A stretch of DNA of 58,949 bases, counting the filler, from Dugesia japonica (Eukaryota): assembly GCA_001938525.1 (NCBI GenBank). It is 5 parts of 5 records of this genome, joined end to end, with 100 filler letters (N's around TTAATTAATTAA, not from the genome) between each part and the next. Parts side by side here need not be neighbours in the genome. Positions count along the whole stretch, not along the records: positions 1 to 8,632 come from MQRL01600659.1; positions 8,733 to 19,107 come from MQRL01629454.1; 3 more parts are not named here. One strand, given 5' to 3'. Shown piece by piece: positions 1 to 13,515 of the stretch. The position numbers were made by a program, and so were the translations under genes. Below the pieces are notes generated by a model. That model had not been told where the DNA came from. It saw only the letters and a program-made list of their open reading frames with translations, and made no database searches. The first letter of the stretch is position 1. Every line of letters starts with the position of its first letter.

Positions 1-226
1 ATATATATATATATTTACTTTGATACTGTGATTTATGCAACATATTCAAAAATCATACGAAACTTCAAGTTTACCTGATAGAATGATATATTAATATAAT
101 ACATAATTTAAGATCTAGAATAAATGAATTTCCTTGGTAATAAATTTCTATGGCTTAATGATTTAAATAGTCATTTTATGGGAAATGTAACTGGGTTTTA
201 TTTTAAATAAGAAAAACAAAACTTAC

Positions 227-3200
227 ATATTTTTCTTTCCTGATAAATCAGGCATATCCAATGTTTCACTGAAGTCGCTTGAATCTTCAGATTTGTAACT
301 AAATCGATCTAAAGGAAAATTAATGTAAATTTAAAGAAAATAATATGTAAAAGTAAAAAAAAGTTATTATAAACTAAATTCTTTATGCAAGATTTAATTG
401 TTAAAATTGAAATTAAAATTTCTCTAATTTTTGTTTTGTTTTCAAAGTTCTTAAATTTTGTAAAATAAAAAATCTCAAAAATTATCAATTTAATAATCGT
501 ATTTGAAAGTAATTGATTATAAGGCATAATGTATCATAGTTCATTATTCAGATAATTACTTATTTCAACAGAAAAATACTAAATTTGTAGTAAATGTAAT
601 GCATTTTTATTCTTTAATGATCACTATTTTTCATTGATAAAATATAAGAGTTTATCTCAATGAGAAAATAATCATAATTATAAAATGATGTGCTTAGTTT
701 AAACGACAAAAATATGACGAACTATGGCTAAGATTAAATAAATAAAGCAACGTGTATCATGAAGTAGTCGAGCAAATTGTAATTATGGATAAATTAAACT
801 ATTTCTTAAATTACAAGAAAATGGCAATTTACTTTAAAATTATTTTCAAAAATCAGATTTATTTTCCTTTTGCTATTTTGATTTTATATTAAGAACCATA
901 GTTTGAACAACCTCTGTCAATTTTATTCATACAATTTTTTATTGTTTTTCTTAAATTATTGAGTGTATTTTACTTCTCGATCTCCATTGCACACCGCCTG
1001 ACTCAGTAAAATCCAGAAATCTTCGATAAACCTTGTCGTTGGAATGTTTGGAGGATTTCCATTTTTAAGGACGAAATCGATATTTTTACATTCAATCAAT
1101 TCAAAGTCTAGTATTTATTATATGACTTTTAGTAAACAAACTATTTTGATTGATCAACTATCTTAACTATTTAAAACACACCATAAAATATACATGTATA
1201 TATGAACACGGGCTTTTTCATCATAATGTAATAGTTTATTGACAAAACCAACAGAAATTTTATACTTCGCAGCAAGAATTCTCTGATTTTTTATTTGTTC
1301 ATTTTTAAACTTAACTGATATTTCCTGTTTTTGTTGGAATGATAAATTCGTCCTCACTTTTAATTTTAAATTGTTCATTATATGGAGTTAAATTTATTAT
1401 AAAGTTAAAACAAATTATTTCATGCTGGATGAAATTATTAAAAATTGTGTTCATTGTTCACTATGTACGAATATAATGAACATAGATAAATTTTCCAAAA
1501 TTTTTTTATATTTTGTTCATTATATGGAATGTTCACTTTATGCAGTGTTCATTATACACAGGTTTGACTGTAATGAAATGCTCTATGCGTCACATAGGTT
1601 GGGAACCACTGTTTTAAGCAGTTACAGTTATTTAAAGAAAACAGGAGATAAATTCCGTGACTGAAAAATAAAGAATTTAAGTACTCTAAATTTTAATCAC
1701 ATATGTTCGATGATTTTTGGTTATTGATTAGTTTACTACACATNNNNNNNNNNNNNNNNNNNNNNNNNNNNNNNNNNNNNNNNNNNNNNNNNNNNNNNNN
1801 NNAATGGCTATTTTTTTCAATATCATTCTAATTAAGGTTACATGTGTATATAAAATATCAGAAAATCTATACAAAAAATACCTGTGGGATTTGATCTAAT
1901 AATTTCTATTCAAACATTTAGATTCATTAATATCGATTTGAGTAGAGATAATAAAATTTTTGATTGATTATGACTTAAAAACATTTGTTTCTTTTATGTA
2001 TAATTTTATATATTTTTTATTTTTCTCTTTACAATTAGTTGACTAGATTCGATTTTTTTTAATAATCTGAACGGAAAAATGTTAAAATCCAACTCAAAAT
2101 TTGACCATCAAATCAAATCGAATGTATTAATAACTGGGGAGATATCAATTTTTTAAATAACCATGAAAGAACTCTTGAATATTTCAATCATGTATAAACT
2201 TCTAACTTTAGATTTATTTCATTTTCAAACATTTAATTATCAGTTTGAATCCAAGCAGATTCACAAGAAGAATAGAAAAAACTACAAATATAAATTTCTA
2301 ATAGTTTAATTTATGAACAGCTAAATTTCTTTTATATTTTATCAATAGAACACCTATTTCATATTTCCAAAAAAATCATTAAAAATTTTAACCAAGTTAT
2401 TTATCTTTATATTTATTACAAAAAATTATTAAAATATAAAATGAAAATTTCATATTTTATTGCAAAATTTAGTAAAATTATTTAATTAATTTATAAATAA
2501 ATTGTTGTACTACTTACAAGTCAGTACTAATAATAGGAATGTAAAAAATAAATAGTGTAAATTTGCAAGATGTTATCTGGGATTAAATTACATAATTTAT
2601 AAAATAGTGTGTTGAAATAATTAGTTTTTTTTTGAATTTTTGTTATTTTTTTAACATTTACAAAATAAAAATTTGCTGTGAATGTCAAACATTAGAAAGC
2701 CAATATTTTTTATCCTTCGTTAAAATCAATAAATTTGTGAAAATTACCAAATGGAATCATTAACTTAGCTTCTTAGAAAATTAGATAAATTAAATTTGTG
2801 AAAAAATATCGCATAGATTAACCAAACAAGAATTCATNNNNNNNNNNNNNNNNNNNNNNNNNNNNNNNNNNNNNNNNNNNNNNNNNNNNNNNNNNNNNNN
2901 NNNNNNNNNNNNNNNNNNNNNNNNNNNNNNNNNNNNNNNNNNNNNNNNNNNNNNTAACCGCTATATATTAAGAAGTTTATTGATGAATAAACCGCTCTAC
3001 AAATATTAGCATTCGTTAAACAAATAAAATGTAACAGCAATTATTTAGTCTGGTCAAACAAAAATCATTGGAATATGAGATCTTCCATATTAACAAAACT
3101 AAGAAATGAATTTGTAAAAAAAGCTTATATTAAAAAGACTATACTAAGTAACCAACTAACCAATCCAAGGCAAAAATGAAAGAAATTTAAAACAAACTAA

Positions 3201-3722
3201 ATATTCCAAAATTGTAAATACACAAAATAAATATATAAGTATAAATAATTAAACAGTAAATATTAATTAATTAATAATATTAAAATAAATTCAGAAATTA
3301 ACTAGCCTTTATCTTTTTTATCTTGCACACTTGGAAGAATTCTTTTATTTTTTGTTGCACCATTTGACAATGACCCTCTTATTATTTCCTTATCCGACAG
3401 ATCCTAGACAAAAAATATAAATATGAACTGCCTCATTGGAATGCATTATTGGCAAAACATGAATTTATTTAAGGATTATTTAAGAATTTTGTAATTTATG
3501 GAAAGGTTTTGTGTTGATTATTGTTTTTATTATTATTTTTTTAGTTACAGTTTTATTTATTATTATTTATTTATTATTACAGTCGAACCTTTCTATAACG
3601 TCACCCATATGGACCGGAACTGAGTGACGTTATAAGGAGGTTTGACGTTATAGAGAGGTAAATTTTAAGTGGAAAATTCATTTTGAGTTTTAATAAGTGA
3701 CGTTATAGAGAGGTTTGACTAT

Positions 3723-3753
<31 letters not shown>

Positions 3754-6700
3754 TTATTTGAGGTATACATACCTCGGAGTCATCTTAACCTTCATTAAGC
3801 ATGTTTAAAGAAATGATTATTAATCCAAAAATTATTATCAAACTATACAAGTAAAAATTTCCAGAGAAAATAAATAATACACTAAAAAAGGTACAACTTA
3901 CCAATTACCTAATTTACAAATACGATATAAATAAATTACAAACAAGTCAGATTGTAACGAAAGTTCTGTCCGCTTATTTCAAGGGCAATTATTATATATA
4001 ATAACTATTATCTATTTTAATAAGTTTATAATAAAGTACTAATAAAGCACATATGGCATGTTATACAGTATAATTTTCTGCAGGAGAAAACCGCAAGTTT
4101 AGCAGCAAAATCACTCAAAAACACTTATAGAAATAATATGGTAAATGAAAAGGCTTGCAGAAGATGGTTATCCAGTTTCAAAAATGATGATTTCAGTCTA
4201 AAGGATTAATCTAGAGAAGGACGCCCAAAAAGAATCAATTCTAAGGAATTGCAGACTGCTGCTGATGAAAATATAAACATTACAACTAGGGAATTGAGCA
4301 AGGAGTTTAATGTGAACCATATGACCGTCTATCGTGAAATGAAAAAGTTTGGTAGCCTTCAAGGCTGGAAGATGAGTTCCGCATGATCTGTCAGAAAACA
4401 ATCGTAAACAACGTGTAAACTGTTGTGTCGCATTGCATTATCCTCAACTTCAAGAACCTTTTTTTAAAAATAATTATTACTGGAGATGATTATTGGATCC
4501 TCTATAACAGAGGTGAACAATACACTGTTCACGGGCAAAAAAATACACGCGTGAACATTTTAAAATACCCTTTAACAAACTTTGAAATAACGTTTAAATA
4601 TAGGGTTATGCTTTTCATTTGCTCTCAACTTCAAAAATAAAACCAGACATTGATAAATTACTCTCATAAACCCAAGTTCATGAGTCACAAATTGAACCTT
4701 TTGCCCGATGAGTTTTTCTAAATTATTTTGCCCCCACGTTAAAAAGTCTGACCGTCCTTTATCTATGATCATGCTAAGCGCAAAAGACAGTAGTTAAGTC
4801 GTGATTCAAAGCCGATACAACAGCCTCGAGGTGGTCTGCATCCTAAAATAATTTTTCAAGAAAAACGGCCTTCGCTGATAGGCAGAAAATGGGTGATTCT
4901 GCATCGTGACAACCTCAAACCCCACACTGCAAGAGTGACTAAGAAGCTCATAGAAGAATATGTCTGGTAAAAATTCTTTCTCCCATCATATTCATCCGAC
5001 CTTATACCAACAGAGTACCATCTGTTCAGAAGCTTACAGAAATATTTTTCTGAACTTAAGTTTACTTCAAGAGAAAAAGTTGAAATTAAGCTAGAATCTT
5101 TTTTCAAGGAAAAGCCAAATGAATTTTATAAAAGGCATCGAAAAGCTGATGGGAACATGTAATTGGTGACTATTTTGATGATTAAATAAATATATTTTTG
5201 GCTAAGTTTTTACTTTTATATCACAGATTTCAATTCTACGTAGTAGATTTCGTTCTTTAGGAAGTGGGGTATCCATATATCGAGCTTTGAAACAAAATCT
5301 AGCAGTTTCACGTGATCATAAACGGTTGAATTCGATAAATTAAATCTCAACAATATCTCGTATCGTGATTTGGGAGTTTGCTTCAATCAATGCCTTTTTT
5401 TTCTATTCATTAGCTTAAATAAGTCTTCCTGAACGTGGTGCGTTTTCAACATCGAAATTTCGGGAATGAAATTTTTTGACACAGTTTTGGTATTGGCGTT
5501 TTGTCAGGACATCTTTTCCAAAGAAGCCGCACAATTTCTTTTTCGATTGAATTGCATCTCATTAAAAATGTCAATTGTTAAAATGGATATTGAAATAATA
5601 TTTTCAAACGATATTTAATGACTTGAAATAGGAAGAAAATAAACACTCGAAAAAAATAAAATAACTTTGCGAACCACCCAATAGTTAGTTAGGTTTATTT
5701 TTTTTTATTTTAAGAACAATTTTGTATAAAAATCACTAATATTATGTCACATTTCCTTTGGTTTTTAGAACTTTTTATTCGGTTTAGCATCGAATCAGCA
5801 AGCTTTTCTAATAAGTAGTCCAATTTGTGATTCCAAACATTAATCACGACAACATTCGGNTCATTCTTTGTCTTTTATCAACTTTCTTTTTAAAAATGCT
5901 ACACAAATTCTCGATCAGATTAAAATCAGGACTATTCCCAAACCACTAAAGCACCGCAATATTATTTGAGTTTGACCACTCCAAAGAGTTTTTATGGCAC
6001 GATACGCTGGCTTGGTAACTTATGTCAGATTCAACTTCAGTTATATAGGGCATTAATCTTTTCTACAAAAAACAATGATGTATTTAGCACTATTTATGAT
6101 TTCTTCACAGATGTAGAGTCTCAATTTTTTGTCGTACTGAAGCATCCCTAGAACATCAATTTGATAGAAATGGATTTTACCATGAAAATCTTCGAACAAA
6201 TTGTTTACTATTGCCAATTCTGACCTCAATCATGAACTCATCATAAAATATAAACTTTCTCCAAAATTCCTTTGGGATTTTGTCATATTTTCTGCACCAT
6301 TTTTTTGACAAAAAAAATTTCAAACCTTTTCGGGCAAAAGGTTTCCTGACAAAAGCTTCAGTTCATTTTTTATATCCAAATGATTCATTAAAATTGGCTG
6401 CGATTTCTCTTGATGTTATAAAAGAACTTCCATGTATATGTTCACCAAAGACCTTTCATCACGATCACTTAGTTTTTTTAGGCTTCGAAAACATTTATTT
6501 GCTATTGTAATTGCTAGATTCTTTAAAGTCAGCAATAATTTTGGAGACACAGGACTTTGATATCGAAAAATATTCTTGGTATTAAGAATTTTAATATTTT
6601 AGCTACAATTTAGTAATAATACATGCAACTTTTCTGCACGAAAGCTTTTCCTTATGCTTTATCAATATCATTCCTGTCTGGTGTGGTGTTAATTCTTTCA

Positions 6701-7278
6701 GGAAAAAATAATAATTTATCAAACTTTTATGCAAACTTTTTCACAATGAAAAATCACAATATTGATTAAATATTAACAATTAATATCTATTAATAAGTGT
6801 ATTTAAATCAATAAACTCTAATATATTTAAGATTTTTAGGCAATAATAATTTTCATATTTTTAAAATTAATAGGAATATGCGCAACTAAGTAAATATTTA
6901 ATTTAAAAATCAAAAATTTTATCAGTGTCTACAAACTATTTCACAGGAGATTTTAAAGCAAAAGAGATTTTAAAAATGGGGAAAATTTTAGAATTTATTC
7001 AAAAAAAATTATATTGATACAATTAAGAACGTAAACGTTAAGTAACCCATTTTCTGTACATAAATTAATTAATTAAAAATTAATTTGATTATTTATAAAT
7101 ATTTCATAATATCGAAAGTTAAAAAATTAAGAACTTTTACTAAACGACTTACACAGTTTTTGCTAGAAACGTTTTTCAAAAAGCTGTACAATAATGGTGA
7201 TTTACCATTTTCATCTTCACAAATAATGTTCTTGTAATTTTGAATGATTGAATCTCGATTATCTAAATCCAATTCTTC
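227..7278 (-). CDS. Candidate small exons of an unidentified host gene (7206-7278, ~3308-3403, 227-308)
   Basis: GC-richer islands with polypyrimidine-AG acceptors. GT donors are present for 7206-7278 (EELDLDNRDSIIQNYKNIICEDEN) and 227-308 (GTAAGT; frame ambiguous). The exon starting at 3403 reads DLSDKEIIRGSLSNGATKNKRILPSVQDKKDK but lacks a clean GT donor. No family recognised. Confidence 0.3.
900..1130 (-). mobile_element. Tc1/mariner-superfamily transposase C-terminal remnant
   Basis: Minus-strand translation DFVLKNGNPPNIPTTRFIEDFWILLSQAV matches the NPPNxPxxRPIExFW motif around the third catalytic residue of Tc1/maT-like transposases. Confidence 0.7.
1163..1572 (-). mobile_element. pogo/Tigger-type DNA transposon 5' end (TIR plus CENP-B/psq-type HTH remnant)
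   Basis: Terminus TA-CAGTCAAACCTGTGTATAATGAAC at 1572 leftwards with repeated TGAACA subterminal motifs. ORF 1163-1378 (RTNLSFQQKQEI...NQRILAAKYKISVGFVNKLL) resembles the N-terminal HTH of pogo transposases. Confidence 0.7.
3580..3721. mobile_element. MITE with ~25-bp TIRs and TA target duplication (pogo/Tigger-like)
   Basis: TA|CAGTCGAACCTTTCTATAACGTCAC ... GTGACGTTATAGAGAGGTTTGACTA|TA, with extra internal GTGACGTTATA copies, inserted in an (ATT)n tract. Confidence 0.85.
4030..5190 (+). mobile_element. mariner (DD34D) transposase pseudogene
   Basis: HTH (ACRRWLSSFKNDDFSLKD*SREGRP), *VPHDL (WVPHEL), IITGDDYWILYN, ILHRDNLKPH and PSYSSDLIPTEYHLFRSL (YSPDLAPSDYHLF). Many stops, and an unrelated insert at ~4510-4800. 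Confidence 0.9.
5225..5683 (-). mobile_element. mariner 5' fragment with TIR
   Basis: Terminus TA-TTGGGTGGTTCGCAAAGTTAT at 5683 leftwards. Minus-strand translation contains FHSRNFDVENAPRSGR, typical of the mariner HTH linker. Confidence 0.75.
5740..6950 (-). mobile_element. Tc1-like transposase pseudogene
   Basis: Minus strand contains an SPDFNLIENL-type motif at ~5905-5945, RKPFARKGLK and W.KVIF.DE-like segments at ~6230-6350, and an N-terminal ELTPHQTG segment. Confidence 0.7.
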
Positions 7279-8632
7279 CTAATTTTATGAAATAAATAAA
7301 TTTAGGTAGCAAATTTATCAACTTTTTTATTAAATTTTAAATTAGAATAATTCATAGTAAATTTTTCCAGGGCTCTGGAGTCAGGTTAAATAAAAACTAC
7401 TTCGACACCAACTTGAAATCTTTGAAAAAAGTCTGATAAAACTTTTCCCAAACTTTTTTTCGATTATGACACACCAAAAAATCTGAAAATTTTTGGGATG
7501 TACCAAAAATTTTTTAATAAATTATATTAATAAAACTCTTTGTTTTTAGNNNNNNNNNNNNNNNNNNNNNNNNNNNNNNNNNNNNNNNNNNNNNNNNNNN
7601 NNNNNNNNNNNNNNNNNNNNNNNNNNNNNNNNNNNNNNNNNNNNNNNNNNNNNNNNNNNNNNNNNNNNNNNNNNNNNNNNNNNNNNNNNNNNNNNNNNNN
7701 NNNNNNNNNNNNNNNNNTTCGTCAGGAATTGACTTTTTTGAAATATCGAATTGTTATCAAATATCAATAAAAAAACCAAAATTTTGATCAAAGCTTTTAT
7801 ATTAAAAAAATTTATTTACTGTGACAAAAAAGCTTATTTACTTTTGCTGTCATGTGCGACCACAGCTTAGAGCTAATTGTCAATGGTGACCATAATTATA
7901 TTTTTTACATAATATATCAAATATATTTGCAAGAGAAAATTTCAGAGTTCAAAACCTGTATTAAAGTTATTTATTAACGTTTTTCACAAATTACTCACGA
8001 CAAACTACTGTCGCGACACAACATTTGGGAAACACAATTCTAATTTATTTTTATGCTAATTTAAGCAAAGTTGAGAGGTTGATTTGAAGTTACAAATTAA
8101 GTTAGTACAAATATTACAATTTATTAAAAATTTTAAATTTCGTGTTCTCGTTTGAAATGGTAACAGTATTTATGAATTAACAACATGAATACAAGTAAAA
8201 ATAACGTAAAATTTTGGCAAAAAAGTACAACATCATCAATTTATTTGGTAAATAACAATTAAATAATGGAATAATGTCACAAATTATTAGAAGAAAAGTT
8301 GAAAATGGGAGCCGTTTACTTAGTAACGCACCGATAATTTGTTAAAAACTTTTTTCAATGTTTCTGGCGGAATGTCATATTAATTTTTGTTTTTTTGATT
8401 ATCAAATAGCATAATTCCCAATAACCAACAACGTACATTTCTGTTAGAGTGTTATTTAAGAACCGATTCTTTTGTTAACGGAAAATAGATTTATTCTTAT
8501 AATGCCTGTTTGCAATAATTTCGTGAACAGTTTCCTAATATTGTTCCAAGCAGAACTGCTATTAACAAACTGGTAGACTGAATTAATTGGAAATGTAAAG
8601 CACAATCAATTGGCGATATTCTTGATAGTATG

Positions 8633-8732
8633 NNNNNNNNNNNNNNNNNNNNNNNNNNNNNNNNNNNNNNNNNNNNTTAATTAATTAANNNNNNNNNNNN
8701 NNNNNNNNNNNNNNNNNNNNNNNNNNNNNNNN
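8633..8732. other. Artificial scaffold-joining spacer
   Basis: 44 N + TTAATTAATTAA (stops in all six frames) + 44 N, exactly 100 bp; the same construct occurs four times. Confidence 0.95.
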
Positions 8733-9559
8733 AAATTACCAATACTTAATAAAAAATTCCTATTGTAAATAAAACATTAATTTAATTAATCACAATTACA
8801 AGTGAACATTTAAAACAGGTTAAATAATTAAATACTAATTAAACAGTTTACCACTAGTGATGAGTAAAGACCTGAAAAGAGTGAGAAAATCATCGATAAC
8901 TAAAAAACAGTATACTGTAAACAGAGAACTGATAACTGAAATGTTGTGAACAGAGAGGTGAGTTCTGAAATCTGAGCACTTGTACACAGAGTTCTGATAA
9001 CTCTGGATAGGTGAAGAATAAAACTTCATCTAAATTCATCTAAAAAACTACCCAAAATTGACCTTAACGAATAAATTATCATCTTATTTTTTATTCATTG
9101 AAGACTCCCAAATGATGTGCTTTTTTCAATATAACTTTTTATTTATAAGATTTGGTGATTTTAGGTTAGTATATTTGTAATCAGTGTAGAATTCTCTACC
9201 AAATAGACTGGTTTTTTATTAAATTTGAGATACATTTTATTTTCAATTAATTATTGAGTAATAATTAACTTTTTTCAAAGTAATTTAATTTGACAAATTT
9301 CTACCGTATATATTCTTGATCAGAAAAGAATTCTCTATCTAATAGTACTTGGATCATTAAATTTGGATGAAAATTATAAAAAATAACTTAAGAAATTTTT
9401 TCAAAATTTTCGAAATTTCGGATGTTTTCCCGGATTACCATAAAAATTTGATTTAAAAATTTTAAAATCTGAAAATTTAAACAAAATGACCTAATTTCAC
9501 CAATTTTACCACAAAAGTTTAAAGTCATTTTAAAAAACTTGAAAATTTAAACAAATTCT

Positions 9560-10130
9560 ATTTTTTCAAAGAATTTCCGTGAAAATTCACCCCAAACTGA
9601 CCGATCCCGAGGAAACCAAAAGGCCCAAAAATTACCTTAAGTGACCAATCTTGAGGAAATAGTTTACTAAATCTTCCAAAATTACCCAAACTGACTAATC
9701 CCGAGGAAAATTTCAGCCAGATTCTCCTGAACCAATAAAAAAATTGACCTCTTCAAGAAAAATTGCAACCAATTTCACCTAAATCACCCAAAAATCATCA
9801 ATGCCGAGCAAAACATTTGACCAAAACGTCTAAATATTATCCAAATCAACCAATCCCGAGGAAATAATTGACCAAATTAACCTGAACCATTCAAAAATAG
9901 ACATTATTCGACCTCACCGAATAAATTCCCAACTAAATACACAGGAAAAATCCATAGCCACTTTGCCGCTTAAAAAGCCTAAAAAATTTCCCAACTAAAT
10001 ACACAGGAAAATGTATAGCCACTTAATCCTATTACATAAAATTTCACCGATGAAATTAATTTCATGACATAATTTGTGTGCAAATAATTTTTCCCATCTA
10101 AATACACATGAAAAAGTATAGCCACTTATG
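9560..10130. repeat. Degenerate tandem repeats (ATCCCGAGGAAA-containing units, then three AAATACACAGGAAAA...ATAGCCACTT units)
   Basis: Visible recurring units at ~9604, 9698 and 9853, and at ~9923, 9984 and 10090. Confidence 0.75.
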
Positions 10131-10295
10131 TAATAATTCTCGCAACAAGATTAATTACATTATGCAACGCACACAAATGTGTGCCGCCGCCTATTTACAT
10201 TAGAAAAATACAACCTCAGTTATGTAATAATCCGATTACGTCAGGGGAGGGTGTACTGAATGTGTGCTGGCTATGACCGCTACTATCTATCTACT
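10130..10295 (-). mobile_element. Candidate Polinton/Maverick terminal-inverted-repeat end
   Basis: Reads 5'-AGTAGATAGATAGTAGCGG on the minus strand. It resembles ends at 29374, 40013 and 54325 and is preceded by bZIP-like motifs (TTATGCAA, GTTATGTAAT, TTACGTCA). Confidence 0.45.
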
Positions 10296-10688
10296 TTGGC
10301 GGGAAATTCAAAAAAATATTTTTTGGCGGGAAATTCAAAAATTTATATTTTCTGATGAGAAATTAAATTTTTTTTTGGGCAGACTTTATATTTTGCATGA
10401 GATGAGGGTAGTCTCTATATTTTGCAGGAGATGGGGAGAGACTCCATATTTTACATAAGATGTAGGGAGTCTATATATTTTGCATGAAATAAGGGGAGTC
10501 TTTGTGATATTTTCATGATAAAATATATCAAAAAATTTTCAAAGAGGGGAGTCTTTGTGATATTTACATGATAAAATAAAAAAGTTCAAAGAGCCAAGTC
10601 TTTGTGATATTTACATGAAACAATATTCTTATAAAAAAATCAAAGAGGGGAGTCTTTGGGATATTTTCATTGTATGTGTTATGTTTTT

Positions 10689-12758
10689 TTTTATGTGTTA
10701 TGTTTTTAACATTGTATTAATAAATTTTATTTAATCAAAGACTTTTTTTTATTTTAAATATAGTTTTGTAATTAAATAATAATTTTTTTTAAATTACCTT
10801 CTTGAATTGATGGTAATATTTTTAATTCAGATACGNNNNNNTTTCTTTCAATATTTTCTAGCATTTCTTCTATAATTAGGTGCAAATTCATTATTAATCG
10901 ACATTTAAATTAATTTTGTTTATATTAAAATATTGTTTATTTATTAAAATATTCAAATTAAAACTTTTCTTTACAAGATGATAAAAACATAGAACATTTT
11001 TCTTAAAAAAACATTAACTACGTAATTTTGTCTAAAATAAAACATTATTACTAGTAACAATTTTCTATAAAAAAAATCTCATTACCGATAAAATTTTTAA
11101 TAAAAAATCTCATTACCGATGCAATTTTTTATATAAATACTCATGAGTGTTGCAATTTTTAATAAAAAGTGTCATTATTGTTGAAATTTTTAATAAAAAG
11201 TTTTATTAGTGTTGCAATTTTTAATAAAAGATCTCATTAGCGATGCAATTTTTAATAAAAAACATATTGGTTGAGAACATTTTTGAGAACAAAATGATAA
11301 AAACATATTACTTTTTTCATAAAAATCATAAATTCATGGAACCTTCTCATGTATAACTAATAGGTCTATATAAAAAAACTTATAAGTAAATATTTTTATA
11401 TCTGTATAGAGATTATAAGTGTATATGTTTTATGAGTGTATAGGGGTGAGGAGTGGAAAGAGTGTGAAAAGGAAGAGGGTAAAATCAAGGAAGAGGATAA
11501 AAAAAGAATAGGGTGAAAGCAAAAAGGAGGGTAAAAAAAAGAAGAGTGTAAAAGAAAGTGTTTAAGAAGGTTGAAGAAAAGAAGAAAGTTAAAGAAAGAA
11601 AGAGCGTAAAAGAAACAAAGAAAGTTAAAGAAGGATGGAAGTAAAATAAAGGAAAAGAATTAAAAAAAAGAAAAGAGTTTAAAAAAAAAGACGTGAGTGA
11701 AAGAAAAAAAGATGGTAAAAAAAGAAGAGGTTAAAAAAAAGAGGTTTAAAGAAAGGAAGAAGGTTGAAGAAAGGAAGAGGATAAAAGAAAGGAAAAGAGT
11801 ACAAAAAAAGGGTAAAAGAAAAGAAGAGGATAAAAAAAGAAGGGTATACCAAAAAGAATAGGTTAAAAAAGAAGTAAGTAAATAAAGAAGAGGTTTAAAA
11901 AAAAGAGGGTAAAAGAAAGGAAGAAGATTAAAGAAGGAAGAAAGTAAAAGAAAGGAAAAGACTTAAAAAAAGAAGTAGGTGAAAGAAAAAAAAAGGGTAA
12001 AAAAAGAAAAGGTTTAAATAAGAACAGGGTAAAAGAAAAGAAGAAAGTTAAAGAAGGAAGAAAAAAAATAAAGGAAAAGAGTAAAAAAAAGAAGAGGATA
12101 AAAGAAAGAAAGAAGGTAATGGAAAGGAAGAAGGTAAAAGAAAGGAAAAGAGTAATAAAAAGAAAAATGATGAAAATCTTGGTAAGGTGTTTTGAACTTG
12201 ATCCACCAACAGCCGCTATCGAGATTTAAAAGGAAAGTTAAGAAAAAGTTAACATTCCTAATAAATTGAACATTGATATACAATATCAGAGTCCAGAGAT
12301 AATTAATATAAACAGAACAAATGTTAAAATGCAACCTCTATCCATTGCATTTGGTAAACAAAGACAGTGTCGTGTGGATAGGAAGAAAAATAGCAGTAAT
12401 ATATTTTTATTTATGTAAACTTATTAATTATTAGTTTAGATCCAGTATGCAATATCAAACAATCACATCAAAATTTTGTTTCTTGGTTTTAAAGACGTTA
12501 TTTTGCTGTTTATTGTTGTACTTTTATGTGTTATGTTTTTAACATTGTATTAATAAATTTTATTTAATCAAAGACTTTCTTTTATTTTAAATATAGTTTT
12601 GTAATTAAATAATAATTTTTTTTAAATTACCTTCTTGAATTGATGGTAATATTTTTAATTCAGATACGAAATAGTTTCTTTCAATATTTTCTAGCATTTC
12701 TTCTATAATTAGGTGCAAATTCATTATTAATCGACATTTAAATTAATTTTGTTTATAT
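10689..12758 (+). repeat. ~237-bp direct duplication (10689-10926 and 12522-12758)
   Basis: Near-identical copies TTATGTGTTATGTTTTTAACATTG...TAATTTTGTTTATATT; the first copy contains Ns. Confidence 0.85.
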
Positions 12759-13200
12759 TTAACATGCATGCGTCATGCTTGTGTCGTGTGCAATAAATGT
12801 TTGCATTAAAAAACATAATAAATAATAAAAAAAAAACAAATGATAATAACAACCTTTATTTAAATAATTACAATAATGTACAATTTTGGTCCTAAAGAGG
12901 ACCGGTTAAACGTTCACAAATGTTTTCTTTTTTTGTAGTCATAATCTAAACAAAAACAATTAAAATAACAATTTAAAACCAAATAAATAACTACCATTGT
13001 TTAAGGTTTTGTTCTTGATCAGGCGGAATCGATTGAACTGTTTTATGGAAAAGTAGACTATATGATATAATAGTGACCATATGGGACACTGCTATTTTTT
13101 ACCTACCCATATGCGCTTATCATTTGTATTTGTTAGCGCTAATTATTTCGACTTAATTTTGCCTCAAAAAATAGATGTCTCAATTTGGAATTGTTGTGAA

Positions 13201-13515
13201 ATTGTACCAGAAGCTATAGTAAACAAAGTATTTGAGTAAATAGAGGAAATGAACTAAGTTAAAATACAATTTGGGATACATTTTGAGTTCAAAAGATTAA
13301 CAACAACTGCTGATGGAGAAGAATTTGAGTATAAAACCTGTAAAATATCAAATAGAGCCGTTGTATTAACTGATAACTTTTTTGAAGATGGGATCAACCA
13401 ATTGAATGAGAAAATAACAATACGAAGCGAACTAGGCTCCAGTTGGATGTTGAACAGAATACTTGAAATTAATTTCAAGATTACAAAGGTTGCAAATATT
13501 TCAAACATTCAAATA
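13201..13515 (+). pseudogene. Fragment resembling the N-terminal region of Polinton protein-primed DNA polymerase B
   Basis: VKIQFGIHFEFKR...NEKITIRSELGSSWMLNRILEINFKITK resembles the GSGWxLxxIxxLxIxIxKY motif upstream of the pPolB exonuclease domain; in-frame stops present. Confidence 0.55.

Noticed and set aside
8677-8688. TTAATTAATTAA as a biological site (piggyBac TSD or regulatory palindrome)
   Set aside because: Always centred in 44 N + 44 N; an assembly linker.
11060-11260. CRISPR-like regularly spaced repeats (also 9560-10130, 29815-30520)
   Set aside because: Contiguous degenerate tandem units without unique spacers, no cas genes, eukaryotic context.
12014-12334. Phe/Leu-rich 'membrane protein' ORFs (also 13831-14028, 29649-29852, 40077-40265, 309-527)
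   Set aside because: By-products of low-complexity T-rich sequence, with no domain signal.
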